Origin: an uncultured Gammaproteobacteria bacterium
GTDB lineage: Bacteria > Patescibacteriota > Microgenomatia > UBA12405
DNA: 64,000 nucleotides
Direction: 5' to 3'
Assembly: GCA_964503465.1 (NCBI GenBank)
Contig: CAZCYZ010000001.1
Span: 405,898 to 469,897, forward strand
Shown here: one piece after another, positions 10,553 through 20,221 of the stretch
Numbering within the stretch: position 1 is the first letter of the stretch
Layout: the number at the start of each line of letters is the position of its first letter
Program-made: the position numbers and the translations under genes
Notes under the pieces: generated by a model
The model's input: only the letters and a program-made list of their open reading frames with translations
Database searches by the model: none
What the model was told of the DNA's origin: nothing

Positions 10553-11112
10553 TGAATCGTTTCCAATCTACCATTGGTCTGGTCATCAACCGACAATTGC
10601 GAGGGGATAAAGATCAGGTCATCACCATCTTAACCCCACAACTTGGAAAGATCCAGACCATCAGCAAGAATATTCTTCATCCCAAAAGTCACCGATCATC
10701 GGCTCTTCAGCTCGGCAATCTTGTCAAAGTCCAACTCTATCAAAAGAACAATAGGTACTGGTTGTCAGAAGCTATTTCCATCACATCCTTCCTTGCTAAT
10801 CACAAAAATCTTTCCCAACTTAACCTCTTATTTTATTTTCTCGAACTTCTTAACCGTTTTGTCAAAGATAACCAACACATCGACACTCTGTTTGATGTTT
10901 CCACCTCTGCTGTCGCCGCTATTGGCCAAAATCAGTTCAAAAAATTTATCCAACAAGAAATATTCCTTCTTCAAATACTGGGATTTGGTGTCCCAACCCA
11001 AATACACCATACTTTCCAACTCCAACAGCTTGGTCCTTGCCAAAAACAACTTCATCACTACTTTGAATCCATACTCGAACAACCACTCGAAAGCCCAAAG
11101 CTTTTCCGATAA
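10552..11112 (+). CDS. recO: DNA repair protein RecO (compact form)
   Basis: Start moved to the ATG at 10552 (MNRFQST...). OB-fold-like N-terminus (GLVINRQLRGDKDQVITILTPQLGKI...KS), then a helical region with the RecO-like pattern. Confidence 0.5.
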   Translation: MNRFQSTIGLVINRQLRGDKDQVITILTPQLGKIQTISKNILHPKSHRSSALQLGNLVKVQLYQKNNRYWLSEAISITSFLANHKNLSQLNLLFYFLELLNRFVKDNQHIDTLFDVSTSAVAAIGQNQFKKFIQQEIFLLQILGFGVPTQIHHTFQLQQLGPCQKQLHHYFESILEQPLESPKLFR

Positions 11113-11121
11113 AATATCACC

Positions 11122-12432
11122 ATGACTGATAATCTCGTTGAAAAGGTCGTTTCTCTATGCAAACGCCGAGGAATTGTCTATCCTAATTCTGAAATATACG
11201 GAGGGGTCCAAGGATTCTACGATTATGGACCAATTGGATCCTTGATGAAGTACAATCTCAAAAATCTCTGGTGGCAAGATAATGTTACCAAGCGCCGCGA
11301 TGTCGTCGGTATCGATGGATCAATTATCACCCACCCAAAAGTCTGGGAAGCTTCGGGGCACGTTAAAAACTTCGGGGACATTTTGGTTGAGTGCAAATCA
11401 TGCCACAAACGTTTTCGCCCAGATTTAATCAATAATTCTCCCAAATGTCCCGAATGTGGAGGAGAATTTACCCAACCTCGGAAATACAACATCTTATTTA
11501 ATACCCAGATTGGTGTTATTGAAGGGGAGACCATCCCGGCCTATCTTCGCGGAGAAGCGTGTCAAACAATCTATCTTGATTTCAAAAACATTGTTGACTC
11601 TACCAGAGTAAAAATTCCCTTCGGAGTTGCTCAAATTGGCAAAGCTTTCCGAAACGAAATAACCCCCAAAAATTTTCTTTATCGTCTTCGAGAATTTGAA
11701 CAATGGGACATTCAATACTTCACCCATCCCTCAGAAATGGATAAGTGGTTCGAATACTGGAAGCAAAATCGTATGGACTGGTATCAATCGTTGTTTAACA
11801 ATCCAAAAAACATCAGATTTCGTCAACACTCTGCCGACGAGCTAGTTTTTTATGCCCAAAAGGCTTTTGATATAGAATACAATTCACCCTGGGGATGGAC
11901 CGAATGGGAAGGAATTCATTGGCGGTCTGACTACGATCTTTCCCAGCATTCAAAGTTCTCAAATCAAAACTTATCCTATCAAGACCCAATTACCCATGAA
12001 AAATATATCCCCTGGATCACCGAAACTAGTGGGGGAGTTGACCGTACCTTCTTCTTTCTTCTTCTTGACGCCTATCATGAAGACCCACTTGAAAATGGTG
12101 ATGTTCGAGTCTGGTTACAAATACACCCCAAGATTAGTGCCTACAAATTAGCTATCCTGCCACTGGCTGGTAATAATCCAACATTAATCTCCAAGTCTGA
12201 AGAAATTTATCAACAACTTTCCCAAACATATTCTGTTGACTTTGACGATTCAGGCAATATTGGCAAAAAATACCGCCGCCAGGACGAAATTGGCACACCG
12301 TGGTGTCTCACTGTTGATTTCCAAACATTGGACGATGATACCGTTACCATTCGCAATCGTGACACCATGAATCAATCCCGCCTAAAAATTAAGGAAATTG
12401 ACAATTGGTTATCAAAACAATTACACTCATAA
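11122..12432 (+). CDS. glyQS: Glycine--tRNA ligase (alpha2 dimeric type)
   Basis: N-terminus RRGIVYPNSEIYGGVQGFYDYGPIGSLMK and class II motifs. 436 aa. Confidence 0.85.
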   Translation: MTDNLVEKVVSLCKRRGIVYPNSEIYGGVQGFYDYGPIGSLMKYNLKNLWWQDNVTKRRDVVGIDGSIITHPKVWEASGHVKNFGDILVECKSCHKRFRPDLINNSPKCPECGGEFTQPRKYNILFNTQIGVIEGETIPAYLRGEACQTIYLDFKNIVDSTRVKIPFGVAQIGKAFRNEITPKNFLYRLREFEQWDIQYFTHPSEMDKWFEYWKQNRMDWYQSLFNNPKNIRFRQHSADELVFYAQKAFDIEYNSPWGWTEWEGIHWRSDYDLSQHSKFSNQNLSYQDPITHEKYIPWITETSGGVDRTFFFLLLDAYHEDPLENGDVRVWLQIHPKISAYKLAILPLAGNNPTLISKSEEIYQQLSQTYSVDFDDSGNIGKKYRRQDEIGTPWCLTVDFQTLDDDTVTIRNRDTMNQSRLKIKEIDNWLSKQLHS

Positions 12433-12434
12433 AC

Positions 12435-13043
12435 ATGATCCAATTCATCATCATTCTTCTATCGTCATTTTTCCTCTTTGGTTGCAATTCCAATTCAACC
12501 CCAACCCCAACTCCAACTCCAAGTCCCAAAATAATTGAACTTAGTCAAAACGAAAAACCAATTGTCAGTCTTATACCCCGAACTGACGGCCACGAAATTA
12601 AACTCAAAATCGAAAATATTCCCCCAACAATTAACCAAATCGAATACGAACTCTTGTACACCGCTGTTGATAATAATATGGAAATTGAAAAAGGAGCTGG
12701 GGACACCATCAAACTAACAAGTCAAAGTGTCGAAAGAAATCTTCTCCTGGGAACCTCAAGCTGCACCAACGGTTGCAAGTATAAATATGATAACGGTGTC
12801 ACCGGTGGCACCTTATCACTAACGTTAATCACCAACAACAATCAAATTATCACCTTCGAAACCCCGTTTACCCTTAAAACAGGTAAGGACATTAAAAAAG
12901 CCAATAACACCATCACTCTGCCAGTTGAAAATTACTCCCAAACCGTCTCTAACCCCAAACCTGCCTCCTTTTATCTCCTCCTCAAAAACTTTGGCTCTCC
13001 AGACGGCGCCCCTTATAAACTCTTTGAAAGCGGCAGCTTCTAG
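12435..13043 (+). CDS. Hypothetical lipoprotein
   Basis: Signal peptide ending in the lipobox LFGC, followed by a (TP)n linker. No recognised domain. Confidence 0.4.
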   Translation: MIQFIIILLSSFFLFGCNSNSTPTPTPTPSPKIIELSQNEKPIVSLIPRTDGHEIKLKIENIPPTINQIEYELLYTAVDNNMEIEKGAGDTIKLTSQSVERNLLLGTSSCTNGCKYKYDNGVTGGTLSLTLITNNNQIITFETPFTLKTGKDIKKANNTITLPVENYSQTVSNPKPASFYLLLKNFGSPDGAPYKLFESGSF

Positions 13044-13048
13044 TCTTC

Positions 13049-13909
13049 ATGACTTATCACCAACCGGTTCTCTTAAGCGAAGCTGTCAGGCTTCTTGACC
13101 CTTCTCCCAATAAAACCTTTCTTGACGCTACTCTCGGCAACGGTGGCCACTCATATCAATTACTCAAAAAAGGAGCTACTGTGTTTGGTCTAGATGCCGA
13201 TCAAGCCAACCTAAAACTCGCCTCGTCCAGATTGTCTCAGTTCAAACACTTTTACCCAATCCATGATAACTTTGTCAATCTAAAATCAATTCACCAACAC
13301 CACATCAAGCGCCCCTTAGACGGTATCATTTTTGATCTTGGTCTTAGCAATAACCAAATCACTGCCCAGAATCGTGGCTTCTCATTTAACGACAACCTAT
13401 CACTTGACATGCGACTTAACCCAACCCACACCCACCTTACAGCCCAAGCTATCATCAACACTTATGATCTTAACCAATTATCAGAAATTTTTTCAAAATA
13501 CGGTCAAGAGATACTTGCCAAACCAATCTCCGCCTCAATAATCAACCATCGTCAGCACTCACCCATAACTACCGCCTCAAGACTGGCAAAAATAATTACC
13601 GACTGTTATTCCCAGCATCACCGCAGACCCACTCATCATCCTGCAACCAAAGTCTTCCTCGCTCTAAAAACTGTCGTCAATAACGAATACAACAACCTGA
13701 AAGACACCCTTCCTCAAACCATTAACCTACTTAAACCAAACGGAGTTACTATTATTATTACATTTCACTCTGGAGAGGATAGGTTGGTAAAACTTTTTAT
13801 AAAGTCACATCACTTTTTTCAGTCTGGAACAATTTATCCATCATCTAAAGAAATCGATCACAATCCCTTATCCAGAAGCGCTATTCTTAGATGGTATAAA
13901 ATCTGTTAA
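13049..13909 (+). CDS. rsmH: 16S rRNA (cytosine1402-N4)-methyltransferase RsmH (MraW)
   Basis: YHQPVLLSEAV...FLDATLGNGGHS N-terminal signature. Confidence 0.85.
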   Translation: MTYHQPVLLSEAVRLLDPSPNKTFLDATLGNGGHSYQLLKKGATVFGLDADQANLKLASSRLSQFKHFYPIHDNFVNLKSIHQHHIKRPLDGIIFDLGLSNNQITAQNRGFSFNDNLSLDMRLNPTHTHLTAQAIINTYDLNQLSEIFSKYGQEILAKPISASIINHRQHSPITTASRLAKIITDCYSQHHRRPTHHPATKVFLALKTVVNNEYNNLKDTLPQTINLLKPNGVTIIITFHSGEDRLVKLFIKSHHFFQSGTIYPSSKEIDHNPLSRSAILRWYKIC

Positions 13910-14148
13910 TGCCTTTTTTTCTTATTTCCCTAATCGTTCAGCTCCTCTCTTCGTTTTACTACAGTAACCAAATTGTCAAACTTAACGACCAGTCCCAGCA
14001 ACAACTACTAACCATTAGCGCGCTAAGCTACCAACACCAAAACCTCGAAACCGAATGGGCCATTCTTAACCGTCTAGAAAACATCGCTACCCAAGCCGCC
14101 CAACTCAACCTTAAACCTATTAAACAATCACTTGATTTTACTCGATGA
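13909..14148 (+). CDS. FtsL-like small membrane cell-division protein
   Basis: 79 aa, single TM helix plus a short coiled coil. Position between rsmH and ftsI. Confidence 0.4.
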   Translation: MPFFLISLIVQLLSSFYYSNQIVKLNDQSQQQLLTISALSYQHQNLETEWAILNRLENIATQAAQLNLKPIKQSLDFTR

Positions 14149-15764
14149 CATCCGCCAGAACAAAAATCCTGCTTAGCACTATTATCATTATTTTTAGCAT
14201 TAATCTTAGCCGCTTTTTTTATTGGCAAGTAATCCGCAGGAATGACCTCAAAAAACAACAACTTTCTCAAAACTACAAAATCACCAAAATCGAACCGATT
14301 CGAGGTAAAATTTTGTCCCAAGACCAATACCCACTAGTCCTCAATCAAGACAAATACCAACTCTCAATCTACAAACCTGACCTAAAGTCACCAATATCCA
14401 CTATTATTAAAACTCTAGGTCAACTAAAACCAGACTTAGCTATCAAATACTTCTCCCAACTATCTAATTTTGACAATAATTCCGAACAAAAGTGGATCAC
14501 ACTGTCGGAAGACTTTGGTTCTGAAGATATCTCAAAACTTGATATTCCAGGAATCGTCCTCCAAAAAGTTAACCGACGTTTTTATCCACAAGGAAAACTA
14601 CTCCGTCAAACTTTGGGGAATATCAGCTTAAGTGGATTAGAAAGTTATTACAATCAACAGTTGATTGGCCGAACCGGCTTCCTCTGGACACCCAAGGATG
14701 CTATTGGTAACCCGATTCTTACCCAAAAATCTTGGCAAATCGATTCAATTGACGGTCGCAGCCTTCATCTTAATATCAACCGTTCAGTCCAATTTTTGAT
14801 TGAAACTAAATTAGCCGAAGGAATCAACAAATTCCAAGCTGACTGGGGTTCGGTTATTGTCCTTGATAGTCCCACTGGAAAAATACTCGGTATTAGCAGT
14901 CAAGAAGCCACATCTTCAAATCAAATAGCACCACGCAATATTGCTATTTCTGATCTTTTTGAACCAGGATCAATTTTTAAACCACTCGTTGTTGCCATGG
15001 CTCTGGACTCAAATGTTATTGACCAAGACTACACCTGCCAATCATGTGACCAACCAAAAGTTATTGGCGATAATACCATCAATAACTGGGATTTTAATCT
15101 CCACCCCAACTCCACCCTTAAAGACATTATCAAAAACTCAGACAATATTGGCATGGCTAGCATTATCGAAATTTTGGGGTTAGAAAAATTTACCAATTAC
15201 TTTCACCGACTTGGATTAGATCAAAAAACCAACATTGATCTCCCCGGAGAAGCTAGGCCAATCTCAAAAAACTACTGGAGTCCAATTGACCTTGCCACCG
15301 CCTCGTTTGGCCAAGGCTTTGCCATCAGCCAAATACAAATGGTTACCGCCTTTAACTCTCTCGCCAACGACGGCGTTCTTGTCTTACCAAAGGTTGTTGA
15401 CTATCTTAGCCAATCAGATCAAGTTATCTACCCCAAAATGACTCTTTCCAAAAAAATCTTTGATCAGAAAACCACTAGTTTAATCAAGTCTATTTTAAAA
15501 TATTCAGTTGACAACGGAGCTATTGCCAAATTAAAACCTGACAATCTCGACGTCTGTGCCAAAAGTGGCACCGCTCAAGTTGCCATAAAGGGAGGGTATC
15601 TTGATACTACCACCAATGCCTCATATGTCGGCTTTTCTCCTTGTGATCACCCCAAAATCACCATGATTGTCACTCTTCACAATCCCAAAGCATCGTCCTG
15701 GGGATCTTCTACCGCCGCCCCAATTTGGTTTGAAATTACCGACTCTATCATTAAGTTGTTATAA
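14145..15764 (+). CDS. ftsI: Penicillin-binding protein, peptidoglycan D,D-transpeptidase (FtsI/PBP2-like)
   Basis: SxxK (GSIFKP), SDN (KNSDNIG) and KSGT (AKSGTAQ) motifs. N-terminal TM anchor. Confidence 0.8.
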   Translation: MTSARTKILLSTIIIIFSINLSRFFYWQVIRRNDLKKQQLSQNYKITKIEPIRGKILSQDQYPLVLNQDKYQLSIYKPDLKSPISTIIKTLGQLKPDLAIKYFSQLSNFDNNSEQKWITLSEDFGSEDISKLDIPGIVLQKVNRRFYPQGKLLRQTLGNISLSGLESYYNQQLIGRTGFLWTPKDAIGNPILTQKSWQIDSIDGRSLHLNINRSVQFLIETKLAEGINKFQADWGSVIVLDSPTGKILGISSQEATSSNQIAPRNIAISDLFEPGSIFKPLVVAMALDSNVIDQDYTCQSCDQPKVIGDNTINNWDFNLHPNSTLKDIIKNSDNIGMASIIEILGLEKFTNYFHRLGLDQKTNIDLPGEARPISKNYWSPIDLATASFGQGFAISQIQMVTAFNSLANDGVLVLPKVVDYLSQSDQVIYPKMTLSKKIFDQKTTSLIKSILKYSVDNGAIAKLKPDNLDVCAKSGTAQVAIKGGYLDTTTNASYVGFSPCDHPKITMIVTLHNPKASSWGSSTAAPIWFEITDSIIKLL

Positions 15765-15776
15765 TCTACCTACTCA

Positions 15777-17009
15777 ATGTTCCTTCGCCAGTCAAAGTAT
15801 TACCTCCAAAAGCTGAAAAACTATCTTTGGCATCTTCCAAAAGCTATATTTGCCAACATTTATTACCGCTTTCCGTCAAACCAACTCACCTTGATCGGGA
15901 TCACTGGAACCGACGGCAAGACCACCACCACCCACCTCATTCACCACTTCTTGGTCCAGTCAGGCCTACGTACTGAAGTTATATCTACCATCAACAGCCC
16001 CGGACTCCATACCACTTCCCCCGACTCAATCATAGTCCAAAAACTCTTTCGTGATTTTGTCAATCGCGGCATTACCCATGTCGTCGTCGAAGTTACCGCT
16101 CATGCCATCGATCAATTTCGATATTGGGGATGCCATTTTCAGATCGGCGTTCTTACCAACATCTCCCACGAACACCTCGATGATTTCATTTCCATGGACA
16201 ATTATGTTCTTACCAAAGCCAAGTTCTTTCGCCACCTCGACACAGCTATTCTTAATCAGGATGACCCATCATTTCCTATAATTTCTCAGGCTAAAGTTAA
16301 AAATATTATCACATATGGCATTAAAGATACTTCAAACTTCCAGGCAAAAAATATTAAACTTACTCCTACAAAACTTTCCTTTAGAGTTAACGACACCCAT
16401 GTTGTCACTAATACACCCTATAGATACCAAGTCTTCAATATTCTGGCCGCCATCGCCGTCGCCAACCATATTGGGCTCGACCTGCAAAAACTTGCAAAAT
16501 ATTTAAAAAATTTTCCTGATATCAAAGGTCGACGTCAAGAAATCAAAAACTCGCTGAGTATCAGGGCAATTGTCGATTTCGCTCACACCCCAGCTGCCCT
16601 AAAACAAACACTCTCATCACTTAAGTCAACTACCTCTGGCAAGCTAATAGTTATTTTTGGAGCCACTGGTGGACGAGACTCAAGCAAACGACCTTTAATG
16701 GGTCAAGTAGTATCAAAAATTGCCGATATCGCCGTAATTACCGCCGATGATACTCGACATGAAAACATAAATCTTATTAACCAGCAAATTATTGCCGGGA
16801 TTAATCATCATCACCCCGAATTCAAGTTCTATAATATCCCTGACAGACAAGAGGCATTTAATCTCGCCATTAAACTAACCAAGCCGGGAGACACAGTTGT
16901 CGCTTGCGGTAAAGGTCACGAAACTACTATTCTTCATGGATCAACCGAGTATCCTTGGTCAGAAGCCGACGCTTTTAGAACAGCCTTCCGCCAAAAACAT
17001 AATGTTTAA
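15777..17009 (+). CDS. murE: Mur ligase, probably UDP-MurNAc-tripeptide synthetase MurE (short form lacking N-terminal domain)
   Basis: GITGTDGKTTTTHL P-loop, HEHLD motif, C-terminal ADDTRHEN resembling the MurE DNPR motif. Confidence 0.65.
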   Translation: MFLRQSKYYLQKLKNYLWHLPKAIFANIYYRFPSNQLTLIGITGTDGKTTTTHLIHHFLVQSGLRTEVISTINSPGLHTTSPDSIIVQKLFRDFVNRGITHVVVEVTAHAIDQFRYWGCHFQIGVLTNISHEHLDDFISMDNYVLTKAKFFRHLDTAILNQDDPSFPIISQAKVKNIITYGIKDTSNFQAKNIKLTPTKLSFRVNDTHVVTNTPYRYQVFNILAAIAVANHIGLDLQKLAKYLKNFPDIKGRRQEIKNSLSIRAIVDFAHTPAALKQTLSSLKSTTSGKLIVIFGATGGRDSSKRPLMGQVVSKIADIAVITADDTRHENINLINQQIIAGINHHHPEFKFYNIPDRQEAFNLAIKLTKPGDTVVACGKGHETTILHGSTEYPWSEADAFRTAFRQKHNV

Positions 17010-17574
17010 CATTCAAAACAGCAATAAACCAGAAGACAACTATTCTTCCGGTTTACTGCCACAACGAAACCGTAAAAACTTCTGGTATTTTGACAGTAGT
17101 TGTCGCTCTAACCTGTCACAGTTTCAACTTTCTTCCGAAAATCGTCGTATTCTCAAAAAAACCACAAATTTTTCCTACACTGTCACTCCGCTTCCTCAAA
17201 AACCAGATAAAGCAATTTTTAGCTGGACCAAAGAACTAGGTTGGGATTTCCCCAACAACTCTATCAAAACCATTTTTCAAAGTCACCTTTTTAATACTCT
17301 TTATATCTGGCAACACAACTCTCAAAAAATTGCCTACTCTGTGTGTTATTTTGACAACACCATCTCCCATTGCGCCTATGTTTTTTATCATCCAAAATAC
17401 TATCACTTAGACCTTCCCATTCGCTTAGTCCTGCAGGCCATCATCGACAGCCAGCAACAAGGATTAAAATTTTGCTACCTTGGCCGCGATCACACTCATC
17501 CAGGTAATTTCTATAAACGCAACATGCCAGGATACGAATACATTAAAGACAAAAACTGGCTAAAATATAGATAA
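17002..17574 (+). CDS. Hypothetical protein, possible Ate/Bpt-like (ATE_C) aminoacyl-tRNA-dependent transferase
   Basis: ATG at 17002 overlaps the murE stop (ATGTTTAA). The residue pattern W..H..YSVCYFD...HCAYVFYHPKYY...CYLGRDHTHPGNFYKRNMPGYEY is reminiscent of the arginyl/leucyl-tRNA protein transferase C-domain. The assignment is tentative. Confidence 0.3.
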   Translation: MFNIQNSNKPEDNYSSGLLPQRNRKNFWYFDSSCRSNLSQFQLSSENRRILKKTTNFSYTVTPLPQKPDKAIFSWTKELGWDFPNNSIKTIFQSHLFNTLYIWQHNSQKIAYSVCYFDNTISHCAYVFYHPKYYHLDLPIRLVLQAIIDSQQQGLKFCYLGRDHTHPGNFYKRNMPGYEYIKDKNWLKYR

Positions 17575-17579
17575 AAACT

Positions 17580-18875
17580 ATGCGCATCCACATCATCGGC
17601 ATTGCTGGACAAGGAATGACTACCCCCCTAGCGCTTGAACTTCAACGTCTGGGCCACTTTGTCACTGGTTCCGACCAAGACAAAATTTATCCTCCTGCTA
17701 GTCTTTTGCTAAGGAAATCTCATATTCCCATCAACGTTGATCCATCTCGTACCGATTTGGTTATTGTTGGCTCCAGTTTTCGTAATTTACCAAAACTTTC
17801 TCAAGAGTTTACACAAATCAAACAGCTTGGTATCCCCTATATCTCCGCCACCAAATACATTGCCCAAAATATCGTCAAAAGCAATTCTATCCTAGTCGCA
17901 GGCACATTTGGGAAAACCACCATTACTGCTCTTATATCCTGGATACTGACCAAAGCCAAATTTAACCCCTCATTCATGATTGGTGGTCAACCAATCAACA
18001 AAATACCCCCTCTTGCGATTACCTCTTCCGACTGGTCCGTTGTCGAAGCCGATGAGTCCATTAACGGTCTTGACACCAAAGCAAAGTTTTTATATTACCC
18101 GTGCAAATATGTTCTTCTCACCAGCGCCGATTGGGAACACCAAGATTCCTACCCAACTAACCAGGAAAACCTTAATGCTTTCAAAAAACTCCTCCAAAAC
18201 ATACCTCAAGACGGCTTTCTCGTCTACAACCCCAATAGTCCAAGTATTTCTCAAATACTTCCATTTTGTCCCGGTAAAACTATTCCTTACAACTTTAATC
18301 TAACTTTCAACACTAATCTAATCGGCCAACACAACCAAGAAAATATTTTCGCTGCCTACACACTTTGTCACCACCTGGGAATCCCTGATTCCACTATCCG
18401 ATCGGCCATCAAGTCGTTTAAAGGGGTAGTTCGCCGCCTACAACTAGTCAAAGACACTCACAATATTCTTTTTATCGATGATTTTGCCCAATCCACCATT
18501 AGAATCGAATCAACCATCAAGGCAATCACCCTGCACTATCCAGGCAGACCAATCAAGGTTTATTTTGAACCACATGCCTCATTTCTTCAATATCGCTCGA
18601 GTATCCCCGGTTTCAAACAAGCTTTTAAGTCAACCCAGGAGGTTGTACTCGGAAAGATAAAATTTAACCCCAACTTAAGCCCACACCAGCGAGTTACCGC
18701 CAACACCTTTGCATCTGAGGTGGGCAATAAGTTAAAATATATACCACTGTCCAACCAAGTAGTTTCTCACTATCAACAAGTCCTAACGTCTGGTGACATT
18801 CTCCTTCATCTTAGTTCTGGTGGACTTGAAGGACAAAAAATCTTTCATCATCTCATCAGATATTTTAGTAATTAA
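17580..18875 (+). CDS. murC: UDP-N-acetylmuramate--L-alanine ligase
   Basis: MRIHIIGIAGQGMT...GHFVTGSDQ MurC-type N-terminus. Mur ligase central and C domains. Confidence 0.7.
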   Translation: MRIHIIGIAGQGMTTPLALELQRLGHFVTGSDQDKIYPPASLLLRKSHIPINVDPSRTDLVIVGSSFRNLPKLSQEFTQIKQLGIPYISATKYIAQNIVKSNSILVAGTFGKTTITALISWILTKAKFNPSFMIGGQPINKIPPLAITSSDWSVVEADESINGLDTKAKFLYYPCKYVLLTSADWEHQDSYPTNQENLNAFKKLLQNIPQDGFLVYNPNSPSISQILPFCPGKTIPYNFNLTFNTNLIGQHNQENIFAAYTLCHHLGIPDSTIRSAIKSFKGVVRRLQLVKDTHNILFIDDFAQSTIRIESTIKAITLHYPGRPIKVYFEPHASFLQYRSSIPGFKQAFKSTQEVVLGKIKFNPNLSPHQRVTANTFASEVGNKLKYIPLSNQVVSHYQQVLTSGDILLHLSSGGLEGQKIFHHLIRYFSN

Positions 18876-18887
18876 CCACTTAATACC

Positions 18888-20216
18888 ATGTCACGATACA
18901 TAGTTAATGGCGGAAAACCACTTCATGGCGAAGTTTCTATTCGAGGTGCCAAAAACGCTAGTTTCAAACAAATCATTGCCTCAATGCTAAGTGATAAACC
19001 CACCCACCTCACTAATATCCCCAACATTTCCGACGTCCGCATCACCAAAAGTATCGCCAAAAGTCTTGGAGCTAAAATTCTCACCACAGGTGAACACAGT
19101 ATTGAAATCCAAACCAAAAAACTCACCAGCTCGACCGTTCCCCACGGTACCGGAGACAAATCCCGTACCTCATTTATTTTTTCTGCCCCATTGTTGGCCC
19201 GTACCGGAAATGCCACCATTCCACTTCCCGGAGGCGACAAACTCGGCGCTAGGCCACTAGACCGCCTTTTTGATTGTTTTACTCAAATGGGAATTACCAC
19301 TGAGTTCCAAAATGATCTTATGGTTTTTCACACCGACTGCATCAAACCAACCCACTACACTTTTCCAAAACCGTCACACACAGTCACTGAAGTTGTCATT
19401 ATGACCGCCACTCTTGCCAATGGAGAAACAGTCCTCGACAATGCAGCCCAAGAGCCAGAAATCGATGATTTAATCACCATGTTAAACAGTATGGGGGCTG
19501 TTATCTCTCGAAACCCCAAAAATCCAGGTAGAATCATCATTCAAGGAGTCCCTTGGCTTAATGGAACCAACCATCAAGTCATTCCCGACAGAAATGAAAC
19601 CATCACCTTTGCTTGTGCTGCTCTCTCCACCAAAGGGTCCATTAACATTTTAAGAACCAATCCTAATATCATTAAATGTTTTCTTGAGACAATAGAACGA
19701 ATGGGGGCCAAGGTCTTTGCTGGAGACGATGAGGTTTCCATTAGTTGGACCAAACCACTTCATTCTGTTGATGTCGAGACCGGACCAGAGCCAGGCTTTA
19801 TGACTGATTGGCAACCATTATTTACCGTTGTACTAACTCAAGCTATTGGCTGTAGCAATCTAATCGAAAGAATATTCCCATTTCGCTTTCAACATATTGA
19901 CACTCTAACCAAAATGGGTGGTAAGTTCAAGTTTTTTAACCCCACCGTCAGCCACCCGGAACAATATTATCATTTCAATCCAGAAAGCGACAAACCAGAA
20001 TATCATCACGGTGTCAAGATATTCGGACCAGCCCAACTCCAGCCATTAGAAATCGATATTAACGATCTTCGAGCCGGTGCCTGTGCCACCCTAGCAGCCC
20101 TTACCGCTCAGGGACAATCCGTTATTAATGGTGTTGAATTTATTGAAAGAGGTTACGAAAAACTAGCCGACCGGCTCAAATCTCTTAACGCCTCGATCGA
20201 ATATATAAAAACTTAA
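18888..20216 (+). CDS. murA: UDP-N-acetylglucosamine 1-carboxyvinyltransferase
   Basis: YIVNGGKPLHGEVSIRGAKNA N-terminus and EPT-fold length. Confidence 0.85.
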   Translation: MSRYIVNGGKPLHGEVSIRGAKNASFKQIIASMLSDKPTHLTNIPNISDVRITKSIAKSLGAKILTTGEHSIEIQTKKLTSSTVPHGTGDKSRTSFIFSAPLLARTGNATIPLPGGDKLGARPLDRLFDCFTQMGITTEFQNDLMVFHTDCIKPTHYTFPKPSHTVTEVVIMTATLANGETVLDNAAQEPEIDDLITMLNSMGAVISRNPKNPGRIIIQGVPWLNGTNHQVIPDRNETITFACAALSTKGSINILRTNPNIIKCFLETIERMGAKVFAGDDEVSISWTKPLHSVDVETGPEPGFMTDWQPLFTVVLTQAIGCSNLIERIFPFRFQHIDTLTKMGGKFKFFNPTVSHPEQYYHFNPESDKPEYHHGVKIFGPAQLQPLEIDINDLRAGACATLAALTAQGQSVINGVEFIERGYEKLADRLKSLNASIEYIKT

Positions 20217-20221
20217 ACAAA

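Noticed and set aside
10643-11125. 160-aa alternative-frame ORF overlapping recO
   Set aside because: Low-complexity S/L/N-rich translation entirely inside the coherent RecO-like frame. Judged a shadow ORF.
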